DNA of 64,000 bases. Origin: Candidatus Chisholmbacteria bacterium. Its GTDB lineage: Bacteria; Patescibacteriota; Microgenomatia; UBA1400; Chisholmbacteraceae. Below are positions 9,810 through 18,989 of this stretch, in pieces (the first letter of the stretch is position 1; every line of letters begins with the position of its first letter). The notes under the pieces were generated by a model. The model was not told where the DNA came from, searched no databases, and worked only from the letters and a program-made list of their open reading frames with translations. The DNA lies in assembly GCA_963704905.1 (NCBI GenBank), contig CAVPHZ010000002.1, positions 428,905 through 492,904 of the forward strand, written 5' to 3'. Position numbers and translations under genes: made by a program.

Positions 9810-12800
9810 TTACGGTGCCACTTCTCTCCAGGTGTACAGCGACCGTCTGAAGAAGGCGGGAAGCCGTGTGATAAATTCAGGGACATACGTAAATACCTCT
9901 CCGGGTGTATCATTATTCCTTACCCAGAGATCTCTCTGAAGGTCCACATTACCCCAGGCGACAACGGTACCATTCACCCGGAGCTGAGTGGTGACCGGCG
10001 GATCAACGGTCACGTCAAATCCGCAGTCATCAATATCTCCGCAGGTTCTGAACACCTGATCTGTCATGTACACTCCTTCAAGCAGGGTTACGGGTTCTTC
10101 AACTCTCATGCTCCCATTGGTAAGCAGTACCAGGAGCCCATTGCCAACCATGGTGATCTCTCCCCCACTCGGATTCAAGTAAAGGATATTGTCACTCGGG
10201 TCACCATCAGTAAAGTTAACAAAAATAGTTTTCACCTCATCAATATTCGCCCAGCTTCCAGAGAGAGTAATGTTCCCGGCCGGAACTTGAATCTCCCATA
10301 CATTATTAGGCGAAGCAGGAACCGGAGGCTGGTCAACAAGATCAGGTAATGGTGTAAGGGATTCCGCCTCATCTCTCCAGAAGTTGAATAAAAACTGGTC
10401 GCCCGCATACAGGCTCGTTGCCTCCCAATCACTCGAGGAAACAACACCAATGTCTCCACCGGCGCCGTGAGTCAGCACTCCGTCGCTCCCCGTTGTGCTC
10501 AGCATCAGCCAAGGAGTACAGGTTAGGGGCATGCAGGTTCCCGGTATGGTTACGCCGACATTGGCATCCGCATGCACATCCCCATCCACAACCTGCCACC
10601 AGGAAGCTTGAATATCAGAAACAAAGAAGTTCACATCTGCCTCAGGATTTGTAACTGAATATGAACCGCAGAACGACGGAGGATTCGACCCGTCAAATGG
10701 ACAGGTACACGCCCAACCGAGCGCTGGATCCGGATCGACAGATAAACTTAAGGTATACGGTCCACCTGCAGGTGCATCGATTGAATACTGCCCGTTCCCG
10801 GGATCAATGGTGTCATCAAAGTATCCCCCCGGATTGAGATTGACAATCGAATTCGGCCCAGGCTGGACACCGGGATATGGAGGGCTCGGTGCTTCGCTGC
10901 ATCGTCCGCCAATCAAGGTTGCATCACCGTAGTCGTCCTGTCGTACCTGCCCATCGATGGAACACTGGTCATAGAAGAAGCTGACACCAGCACTGGCTGG
11001 GCCGGTTCCGCACGCATTTGTCACAGCCACTCTCCAGGTATAATCAAGGTCAACATCGAGCGTATCTTGGATAGATGACGTAAGTCCTGCATCTGCAAGT
11101 TTCGTCAAACAATGGTCACCGGGATCAAATGGACCGGCACAGCTAAAGGTCGCATCAATAGGCCATTGGTCAACTTGGACTTGATATGAAGTCACTCCTG
11201 CAACTGAGCCGGGAACATTATTCCAAGTAAATGTCACATTGTTCGGGGAAGGTCCATAATCACAATTATCGGGAGGATTGAGCATAGTCGTAACTAAGTT
11301 TGTTGGGGCAACTGAAGGTGTATCCATCACCGTCATCGTCGTTCCTGCCAACGGACTCCAAGCGCAGGCATTGCGGTAGTGCACCCACCAGTTATAGCTG
11401 TTCCCAGCCGTAACCGGCAGATTAAATGAGGTTCCCCCGACATTATTGATGCATGTATCATCGGGATTTGGAGGCAACGGATTATTGCACTGTCCGTTCC
11501 ATCCATTCGCCGTCGTATTATCTACACGCAGCGCATACAGCTCATTACAATTCGCACCCGCATTCCATGAAAGAGTCACACTCCCCCCGGCATCACAGAT
11601 CAGACCTGATGGATTCAGGCCGGTAGGCGGATTCACAGGGGAATTTGAGGTGTTAAATGTCTGCCACGAAGAAAATGGGCCATTCCCGCAAGCACTCTCA
11701 GCTCTCACTCGAACTCCATAGTTGTAACATGACTGGACCGGGACAGTCTGATTACTAGCAGCCGGATAATAGCAATTGTCTCCCGGGTTCAATGCGCTGC
11801 AATTGTTCCAAGAGGAATACCCTCGGTCAACATTCAGGCGATAACTACTCGCTCCAGTCACATCATTCCAATCAACAGCAACGTTGACAGCATCACATAT
11901 CAGTCCTGAGGGAGTAAGATTTCCTGGAGCAGGAAATGTACTGCCGTCAATGACGTCAACTGTTAATAAATCATTCGCAGTGCAGTCGCTCCAGCTCGGA
12001 CCGCAGGTTTGAGTATTGGGAGGGTTCGGAGACCATTCACACCAGGGGTTCCCGGAGCATGCATGTCCGTTTACTGCACCTTGAAGCGGATCATAAGCAT
12101 TGCATGTAAGATAATACGACCCGGCAGTATTAAACGTTGTTGCTCCGCTCCCATCACAACCGTTGCCTGTACATCCTCCAGGGCTGGAAAAAATATTGGT
12201 CCAGGTCTGTAAACTCGTCGGGGATCTCCAAACCTCAGCTATACGGAGATTTGTATCAGCACCGTCTACTGCATAGGTTCCGCTCCCTCCCACACAGACA
12301 CTTGTCGGGCCGGATACAGAGCAGGTTGGGGATGCCGTATCAACAGTAGTCAATGCACCGCAAAAGGCGCTGTCACCAGAAGCATTCCGAAATTGTACGC
12401 ACACTTTTCTGTCACCATCTCCTCCTGATAGCGTCCAGTTGTATGGTGAGGTATAACCCACCCAGCCGGACCAGCCTGCCTCCCCGCCTGTTAGAGTGGA
12501 ACAAACTGTGGCTGAGGCGGTATTAAGAAACCGCATCTGTGTTGCAGATGTATTATTTAAAAATAGAGCAACTGTATTATTTCCGCTGTAGCACTGCGCA
12601 TCTCTGGGAGAACCGTTCCACTCGTTTAAGTCACACGTCCCAACTTTGATATCTTGAAATGATGTACACGACGGAACACCCCCAGCCACTGAATATGGAA
12701 TGCTGTCCTGCCGCGCACAGCAATCATCAGCCGTTCCGGTAACCAGCGAACAGATATGGTTATAGGAGCCTGAAGTACCTGGAGCCGTGCAATTAAACTG

Positions 12801-13466
12801 CGCTGAAGTTCCATTCCAGCCAGTCCAAGCGCATCCGCTGTAGGCACCGGTGGGCTGAATACAATCAATGACAGCACCATAATCACAGCTCACGGTGATG
12901 GCTCCGTTTGCTGAAGCAGGATCAGGATTAACGCTTGCGCCGAAAAATCCATGATTGTTGCATCCCCCTGGAGGAGAGGTAGGCGTCGGTCCCCCAGTAG
13001 GAGTGGGCGTCCCCGAACCTGGTCCGCAGCATCCTTGAGTGTAATCCTCCCAATCCTCATTACAAGTTTCATTAACAACATTAACCTGACACGTCATTCT
13101 CCGCCCTTCATAACGGCAAGTGCTACCGCCTTGATTACAAACTACATATGAATTCCACACACTGCAATATGGACGGGGGAAGGTTCCCCCACATACTCGA
13201 ATACAGGACCCCCCTCCGTATACTCCGCAATCATCATCGTCACGGCAAGTTTGACTTGTAGCTCCTTGACAAACATAAACTCGAGTACAGTCATTGCATG
13301 CATGCTGATTGATTTGCGTAGTCGGCCAGCATGCCCCGCCAGGGCAAGCAGGATGAGGCTCTATGAGTTGCGCATTGACGAAACTCGATGCAGCAAAAAG
13401 CGCAAATAATATAATGATCGATCCGGTGATGCTGATGATAAAATTTCTGAATGACTTCATTATCAT
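9810..13466 (-). CDS. giant Cys-rich secreted protein with FN3-like repeats (1218 aa), function unknown
   Basis: Signal peptide (IISITGSIIILFALFAASSFVNA); very high Cys content with CxxC/CxC patterns; repeated ~90-aa modules (PSGLICDA...W/SYRL/SYQV) resembling fibronectin-III/Ig-like folds; Pro/Thr linkers. Confidence 0.55.
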   Translation of the reverse strand: MIMKSFRNFIISITGSIIILFALFAASSFVNAQLIEPHPACPGGACWPTTQINQHACNDCTRVYVCQGATSQTCRDDDDCGVYGGGSCIRVCGGTFPRPYCSVWNSYVVCNQGGSTCRYEGRRMTCQVNVVNETCNEDWEDYTQGCCGPGSGTPTPTGGPTPTSPPGGCNNHGFFGASVNPDPASANGAITVSCDYGAVIDCIQPTGAYSGCAWTGWNGTSAQFNCTAPGTSGSYNHICSLVTGTADDCCARQDSIPYSVAGGVPSCTSFQDIKVGTCDLNEWNGSPRDAQCYSGNNTVALFLNNTSATQMRFLNTASATVCSTLTGGEAGWSGWVGYTSPYNWTLSGGDGDRKVCVQFRNASGDSAFCGALTTVDTASPTCSVSGPTSVCVGGSGTYAVDGADTNLRIAEVWRSPTSLQTWTNIFSSPGGCTGNGCDGSGATTFNTAGSYYLTCNAYDPLQGAVNGHACSGNPWCEWSPNPPNTQTCGPSWSDCTANDLLTVDVIDGSTFPAPGNLTPSGLICDAVNVAVDWNDVTGASSYRLNVDRGYSSWNNCSALNPGDNCYYPAASNQTVPVQSCYNYGVRVRAESACGNGPFSSWQTFNTSNSPVNPPTGLNPSGLICDAGGSVTLSWNAGANCNELYALRVDNTTANGWNGQCNNPLPPNPDDTCINNVGGTSFNLPVTAGNSYNWWVHYRNACAWSPLAGTTMTVMDTPSVAPTNLVTTMLNPPDNCDYGPSPNNVTFTWNNVPGSVAGVTSYQVQVDQWPIDATFSCAGPFDPGDHCLTKLADAGLTSSIQDTLDVDLDYTWRVAVTNACGTGPASAGVSFFYDQCSIDGQVRQDDYGDATLIGGRCSEAPSPPYPGVQPGPNSIVNLNPGGYFDDTIDPGNGQYSIDAPAGGPYTLSLSVDPDPALGWACTCPFDGSNPPSFCGSYSVTNPEADVNFFVSDIQASWWQVVDGDVHADANVGVTIPGTCMPLTCTPWLMLSTTGSDGVLTHGAGGDIGVVSSSDWEATSLYAGDQFLFNFWRDEAESLTPLPDLVDQPPVPASPNNVWEIQVPAGNITLSGSWANIDEVKTIFVNFTDGDPSDNILYLNPSGGEITMVGNGLLVLLTNGSMRVEEPVTLLEGVYMTDQVFRTCGDIDDCGFDVTVDPPVTTQLRVNGTVVAWGNVDLQRDLWVRNNDTPGEVFTYVPEFITRLPAFFRRSLYTWREVAP

Positions 13467-14086
13467 CGTATGATTCCGATACGGTCAGGGATAAGGATAA
13501 AATCATCAGGAATTCTTCCCTCTTCCGATTGACCTTTAAATTCTAAATGTAAACCGTTCAGTGTCGCGTCAATCAACCGGTTATACTCAGCCTCAAACTC
13601 CTGTTGACTGGATAACTCGATTTCAATCCGCAACAACACATCTTCCCCTTTCTGCAGTACATCCACAGCTTCGCTCGTGGGAGTAGCACTCCAGGATGAT
13701 TCTCGGTAAAAAGATCCATCATATTTTCCTAGAAAAACGTTACCTGCTAAACTTCCGGCAAGAACCGGAATACTGCGCTCCTTTGAATCTCCCTTGATGA
13801 CAAAACTCCCGGCAAGCAGTCCATCATCCCTGCGTTCTAATCCATTAGGAAACGATCCCTCAAGTTCATAAGCTACCGATTGAAGATCTAGGCTGATTTG
13901 TTTGCGGATGACATCGCCGAACTCGTATGGCGGAGGGGTGATTTGAAGTGATGGTGGAACTTGATCTTGTGGCTGGCTCTGCTGTTCTGTCTTCAAATAT
14001 AGATAACCAATAAGAACAACAAGTAAAACGGCAAAAAACACAGTGACTGAGTATGGCAGTACTTTCTTCATAAAGAAGGCCTGCAT
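13463..14086 (-). CDS. N-terminally membrane-anchored protein (207 aa), co-operonic with the giant protein
   Basis: TM helix VLPYSVTVFFAVLLVVLIGYLYL. Its stop overlaps the start of the downstream 1218-aa gene by 4 nt (ATGA). Confidence 0.45.
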   Translation of the reverse strand: MQAFFMKKVLPYSVTVFFAVLLVVLIGYLYLKTEQQSQPQDQVPPSLQITPPPYEFGDVIRKQISLDLQSVAYELEGSFPNGLERRDDGLLAGSFVIKGDSKERSIPVLAGSLAGNVFLGKYDGSFYRESSWSATPTSEAVDVLQKGEDVLLRIEIELSSQQEFEAEYNRLIDATLNGLHLEFKGQSEEGRIPDDFILIPDRIGIIR

Positions 14087-14162
14087 TCAGAGTACAAAAT
14101 TGTGAGACTATTTGCAATAGACGGGAAAAGCAGAGACTGCAATATTCCTAAGGCAAAACCTG

Positions 14163-16667
14163 CTACTTGCGATACCGATCAGGAAAGTAAATCTGATCCC
14201 AATCTAGAAAATACCCCTTAAAATCAACGAGTTTACCATTTTCGATTGAATTAAAAACTTGCCTTCTTTGATTAACTATATCTGAGGGAAGATCAGGGTT
14301 GTCAATTTGCAGTCCCACAAAAAGCTGTTGATTTCTCATGTCCGGATTCCAAAACCAGTCGATGACATCTTGATTGGTAATGATTGTTCTGTTTCCAATC
14401 GGCTGAGAGATATCATTATCTTTAAAAAATCCGATTCCATGCGAACTTCCGGGTTGATCGGGCATGATCAGTGAGAAAAAGTATGAATCACCTCCGGGAG
14501 TTACCGTTTCACAGAGGACTTTGATGGTATTCTCATATGCCATACGATCCCATCCAGCAACATCCCTGACAATACATGATAGCGTTCGAATTCGAATAAA
14601 GCCGGTTTTACCACTGAGCCCACTTGTAGTTTCATGATCAACATCATACTCCGGCAATCTTCCCAGCGGTGCAGGAACCATCTCTCCGTCTTCGTTCTGT
14701 GTAAACATGGGTTTTATTTGAGCCTCGTCTATAGGAACAAAAGACGAAGCAAGGAAAACATCACAATCATTGACTAATACACCTGAAATCTTAGATGTAA
14801 ACTCTTCGCATACCTTCGCCGCTTTGGGAACAAAAGACTTCAGTTCCCCTGCACCGGTATCATATTCATACACCGGCCGGTATCTGCCTTCTTGAAAGAC
14901 CAGCGTCCTGCCGTTGATTTTCTCAACCCGGTCAGCTTGTTCTTCTGGTGTCTGCCAGGTTCCCATATCTCGATTCCAGAAAGACCATCTGCCGTCTTCA
15001 CCCTCCTCAACAGCCTGCGCCTCCACCCACTGCCCTGGCTCTCCACCAGGTCCGTCAGGGTCAGCAAATCTTGAAATAGGGTTTCCATCCTTATCAAGCC
15101 CCACAAATCCCGCTCCGGGAACATCGACCAGAGTCACTACTCCATCAGGCAAGTCAAGTTGCGGAGGGGCTTCACCCGCAAATACCCATACAGTACTTGG
15201 TTGGTCAACAACTCCGTCAGGATTCAAAATTCCCACAGCTTGCCCATCTTCAACGCCTACAATCGTCCACTCACATCCGTCCACTTTGACTGGAACAAGC
15301 TGGTCAAATATTCCCTGTGCAGACAGTGTCCATACGGTTGCTTGCGTATCCCGAGGGACTCGATCGGGTAAAACAGACAAACTGGCATCACCACCGGGAG
15401 CCAGCCACAGCCAAGTGTTACCCTCTTTTAAACTTAAGAAATAACCTCCATAGGCACTGGCATGCATCTCAATCAGAGCCGTATTCTCAGCATTTGGATT
15501 GGCTTCTGCCTGACCTTCGACAAACACCTGTGCCCCATCAACTTCAGTTACAATTGTATTCACAGCCTCTTGGGCATACTCAGGAACCACCACAGCTCTT
15601 CCGCTTCGTGCAGCATGTATTCCCATTGCCGTGACTGAGGTTACTACTTCTTGATTGATCGCCTGGGACATATCGCCTGGTTCAACGCCAAAAACACTCT
15701 GGAACCCTTCTTTTGACTTAACCAGCACACCAACTTCGGGATTAACGCTGGAATCCATAACAAAATCCGGGGAAAAGATCACCGCATTGGAATCAATCCC
15801 GCAAAACAGCGGATCCTCTGGAGAAGGCGTTGGAGCTATAGTCGCTGTTTCTGACGGATCTGGTTTAGCTGTCTCCGATGAGACAAGAGGAGATGCTGGA
15901 GTCGGGCTCAAAGCAGGGATTGTTGGAGGAATATCTATCTGCTCAATCCCCGCACATGCAGCAGCAGATAATGCCATAGTTGCATACACACCTACCTTCA
16001 AAACTGTCTTGCCATACGCTTTCCGGCTTTCAGCCCTGGCAATTGCTTGCTGATGATCGAATATCGGTTGCAGGTCAACCATCCTGCGAGATCGCTCCCC
16101 GTTTACCCGCTGATCAGGGAGAGACAAAAACCGTTCCCGATACAACAGAACACCCTCAGGTTCTTTGGCAGTTCGCTGACTATCCCATGCGGTGCGGGAA
16201 ACCGCCAGCCAATAGCCAGCCTCTTCTGCTGAAACGCCGAATTGTTGCTCAAAATCATCCCGAGTAAACTTGACCTGACTTCCATTTGGAGCGATATACC
16301 CTTCTGGTTTGCTCAATGCGGAAAGCCCGGCTGCAAACCAAAGTGCCTGCTCCAAACCGGAAGTAGGCATATCCTCATGTTGTCCATTGTGCTGACCTCG
16401 CGTAGCCTGTCTGCTTCGCACATCAGGAACCGCACCGGCAACCACCACGTTCAAACCGTCTTCACTCGGACCCACAAAAAACAGAGACTGTCTTGCCAGC
16501 TGATGCAAAAGGTCTGAGCTGGTTCGCAGTCCTCCGTATTCTCCATCAATAAGTATAGTACCTTGTTGGTTCACCCACCGACCGGCAGACTCAGCGGGAT
16601 AAGAAACCCTAGATTTGGGACGGATGGTCTCTCCGCCTCCGTAAAATGTTTGTTGATTAAAAGCCAT
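14163..16667 (-). CDS. paralog-array membrane protein 1 (834 aa); unique N-terminal domain, TM, S/P/T linker, shared extracellular modules
   Basis: Single internal TM (VGVYATMALSAAACAGI) after a ~220-aa N-terminal domain, then a Pro/Ser/Thr-rich linker. The C-terminal ~330 aa is near-identical to paralogs 2 and 3 (ADPDGPGGEPGQWVEAQAVEEGEDGRWSFWNRDMGTWQTPEEQ...MRNQQ). Confidence 0.6.
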   Translation of the reverse strand: MAFNQQTFYGGGETIRPKSRVSYPAESAGRWVNQQGTILIDGEYGGLRTSSDLLHQLARQSLFFVGPSEDGLNVVVAGAVPDVRSRQATRGQHNGQHEDMPTSGLEQALWFAAGLSALSKPEGYIAPNGSQVKFTRDDFEQQFGVSAEEAGYWLAVSRTAWDSQRTAKEPEGVLLYRERFLSLPDQRVNGERSRRMVDLQPIFDHQQAIARAESRKAYGKTVLKVGVYATMALSAAACAGIEQIDIPPTIPALSPTPASPLVSSETAKPDPSETATIAPTPSPEDPLFCGIDSNAVIFSPDFVMDSSVNPEVGVLVKSKEGFQSVFGVEPGDMSQAINQEVVTSVTAMGIHAARSGRAVVVPEYAQEAVNTIVTEVDGAQVFVEGQAEANPNAENTALIEMHASAYGGYFLSLKEGNTWLWLAPGGDASLSVLPDRVPRDTQATVWTLSAQGIFDQLVPVKVDGCEWTIVGVEDGQAVGILNPDGVVDQPSTVWVFAGEAPPQLDLPDGVVTLVDVPGAGFVGLDKDGNPISRFADPDGPGGEPGQWVEAQAVEEGEDGRWSFWNRDMGTWQTPEEQADRVEKINGRTLVFQEGRYRPVYEYDTGAGELKSFVPKAAKVCEEFTSKISGVLVNDCDVFLASSFVPIDEAQIKPMFTQNEDGEMVPAPLGRLPEYDVDHETTSGLSGKTGFIRIRTLSCIVRDVAGWDRMAYENTIKVLCETVTPGGDSYFFSLIMPDQPGSSHGIGFFKDNDISQPIGNRTIITNQDVIDWFWNPDMRNQQLFVGLQIDNPDLPSDIVNQRRQVFNSIENGKLVDFKGYFLDWDQIYFPDRYRK
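14335..15075. repeat. near-identical coding block shared with 17175-17910 and, partly, 19320-19900
   Basis: Visual nucleotide alignment shows long runs of identity with a few SNPs. Antisense spurious ORFs with identical translations recur in the ORF track (MLTLTDLVESQGSGWRRRLL... three times). Confidence 0.7.
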
Positions 16668-17005
16668 ACAAATAAACGCTGCGAACAGCGCCCAATCGAC
16701 AGCATGTTCTCACTCATGCTATCGAGTCTCAATATGTAACCAATGCGTAATATGTATAAACAGCATATCAATCCGCATCAGTTAATTTCGCTATTAAACA
16801 GTGGCAGTCTTGGGGCAAGAGGCAGTCGTGGCAGCTAGGCAGAGCTTGTGGCAGGTACACAAAAAAATGAGCTTATGAGATACAGCATCCATCAATAATT
16901 ATTTTCGAAAATAATTATAGCATAATAGATCTTAATACAACAATTTAATCTAGAGCTCTAAGCCTGCTTTCTCAAGCTTTCAATAATTTACAAGAAGAAA
17001 AACAA

Positions 17006-18703
17006 TCACTTTCGATACTGATCAGGCAGGAAAAGAACGTCCCAATCGAGCATGTAAGCTGCATCGTCCTTGAGCTGACCTTGATCAATAGCATTAAATA
17101 CTTTCCAGTTATGAGCAATAAGATGATCAGGAAGGAATGTATTCTCAATCTGAAGGTTAACAAAAATTTGTTGGTTTCTCATGTCCGGATTCCAAAACCA
17201 GTCGATGACATCTTGATTGGTAATGATTGTTCTGTTTCCAATCGGCTGAGAGATATCATTATCTTTAAAAAATCCGATTCCATGCGAACTTCCGGGTTGA
17301 TCGGGCATGATCAGTGAGAAAAAGTATGAATCACCGCCGGGAGTTACCGTTTCACAGAGGACTGTGATGGTATTCTCATATGCCATATAATCCCATCCAG
17401 CAACATCCCTGACAATACATGATAGCGTTCGACTTCGAACAAAGCCTGTTTGTTTTATCTCGCTCAAGTCAAAATCGATGTCATATTCAGGCAATCTTCC
17501 CAGTGGTGCAGGAACCATCTCTCCGTCTTCGTTCTGTGTAAACATGGGTTTTATTTGAGCCTCGTCTATAGGAACAAAAGACGAAGCAAGGAAAACATCA
17601 CAGTCATTGACTAATACACCTGAAATCTTATCTGTAAACTCTTCGCATACCTTCGCCGCTTTGGGAACAAATGGTGTTAGCTCACTAGTCTCAGTATCAT
17701 ATTCATACACCGGCCGGTATCTGCCTTCTTGAAAAACCAGCGTCCTGCCGTTGATTTTCTCAACCCGGTCAGCTTGTTCTTCTGGTGTCTGCCAGGTTCC
17801 CATATCTCGATTCCAGAAAGACCATCTGCCGTCTTCACCCTCCTCAACAGCCTGCGCCTCCACCCACTGCCCTGGCTCTCCACCAGGTCCGTCAGGGTCA
17901 GCAAATCTCATCATTGGGTTGCCATTGGTATCAATCGCCACGTACCCATGGTCTATGGTGAGGATCGCAGTTGCTCCTTCGGGAGTCGGACCATACTCGG
18001 GAGTGACTGTCGGCAACGGCATGAGTGTGGACGTACTCCTGGGTGTGCTGGTAAACCGCTGCACAGGGGTAGTGGTCAATGTGGGAACAACAGCCGGTTT
18101 CGTTGCAATCTCCTCAGGTGTGAGTGCTTGTTGACAAGCCTGCAAAAACGCTGTGAAGGATGCGGTCAAAGGCACCAGCCACTTCCCCCCTCCGGATCCG
18201 TTTCCATTGTCAGGAGTAGGTGATGATCCACTGTCGGGAGAGTGAGTTGGGCCTTCGACAATCTGCTGGACACCTCCCGGTCCTCCGCTTGCTCCGCCGG
18301 CAAGCAGTGAGACAATCAGCAGGGTATTCATCGTCTTGACTGCCCAGCCGGGTAGCTCAATCAGTTCCCCGTTATCTTCTAGCGGAATGCCGGTTGCAGC
18401 ATCACGGATGACCAGCGCATCCCATTCCTGCGGTGAGACTCCGATATACTTGTCATAGGGGGTTCTTTGAGGCAGGTGAAATGGGTGTCCGTTCCCCAGC
18501 CGTTCCTTTGTCCTGGAAGGAAGGGATCCGAAACCCTGATGAGAAAGTGCGTCAGCAAAAGCCATAATTGGTGAATTGGCTGGAATTATACCAGAGTAAC
18601 AATCAGAATGATGAAAACTTTTCAAAAAGAGCACCGCTTCCGCAATACTGCCAGGAAAAACGAAACCAGAGCCATCTGGTGTTTTGTCCTCCAAGGGTGT
18701 CAA
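17006..18703 (-). CDS. paralog-array membrane protein 2 (565 aa)
   Basis: N-terminal ~130-aa domain (MTPLEDKTPDGSGF...), TM (TLLIVSLLAGGASGG), S/P/T/G linker, then the shared C-terminal modules. Large nucleotide blocks are identical to paralogs 1, 3 and 4. Confidence 0.6.
   Translation of the reverse strand: MTPLEDKTPDGSGFVFPGSIAEAVLFLKSFHHSDCYSGIIPANSPIMAFADALSHQGFGSLPSRTKERLGNGHPFHLPQRTPYDKYIGVSPQEWDALVIRDAATGIPLEDNGELIELPGWAVKTMNTLLIVSLLAGGASGGPGGVQQIVEGPTHSPDSGSSPTPDNGNGSGGGKWLVPLTASFTAFLQACQQALTPEEIATKPAVVPTLTTTPVQRFTSTPRSTSTLMPLPTVTPEYGPTPEGATAILTIDHGYVAIDTNGNPMMRFADPDGPGGEPGQWVEAQAVEEGEDGRWSFWNRDMGTWQTPEEQADRVEKINGRTLVFQEGRYRPVYEYDTETSELTPFVPKAAKVCEEFTDKISGVLVNDCDVFLASSFVPIDEAQIKPMFTQNEDGEMVPAPLGRLPEYDIDFDLSEIKQTGFVRSRTLSCIVRDVAGWDYMAYENTITVLCETVTPGGDSYFFSLIMPDQPGSSHGIGFFKDNDISQPIGNRTIITNQDVIDWFWNPDMRNQQIFVNLQIENTFLPDHLIAHNWKVFNAIDQGQLKDDAAYMLDWDVLFLPDQYRK
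17690..18598. repeat. ~0.9-kb direct repeat, near-identical to 19683-20591
   Basis: Covers the N-terminal domain, TM and linker coding region of paralogs 2 and 3. Only isolated mismatches were seen (e.g. gatccActg vs gatccGctg). Confidence 0.75.
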
Positions 18704-18958
18704 AACAACCGATAAAACCTGTCTGGAACGGGTCGGTTCATGAATGATGGAAATCGCAGGGTTAAATCGATGATCATATCAATCGCCCTGCTCACCATCA
18801 GCAGTGCTACATTATTTGTTTGAAAACAAAAAGTCTGTCCCCTGACTCTCCAAGTGGAACTCAAGTGAGGTAAAAAACTGATAGTAGTAAAAAGCGGAAA
18901 GAAGCACCATGCGTTATACCGCTGCATCATTCAATCTGGAATACTCGTGAACCCGTTG
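18045..18958. repeat. ~0.9-kb direct repeat, near-identical to 21568-22476 (5' coding part plus ~255 bp upstream region of paralogs 2 and 4)
   Basis: Identical 76-aa spurious ORFs at 18700..18930 and 22227..22457. The nucleotide runs match with about one SNP (ccaaggg vs ccagggg). Confidence 0.75.
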
Positions 18959-18989
18959 AGCTTTCAATAATATACAAGAAGAAAAACAA

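Noticed and set aside
17729-18223. Plus-strand ORFs inside the paralog array (e.g. 17729..18223, 19164..20216 of 350 aa, 14914..15444, 21433..21750) that recur with identical translations
   Set aside because: They are antisense to much longer, motif-bearing minus-strand genes. They have Arg/Cys/Ser-rich low-complexity translations typical of reverse-strand reading of GC-rich coding DNA. They repeat only because the underlying coding blocks are duplicated.
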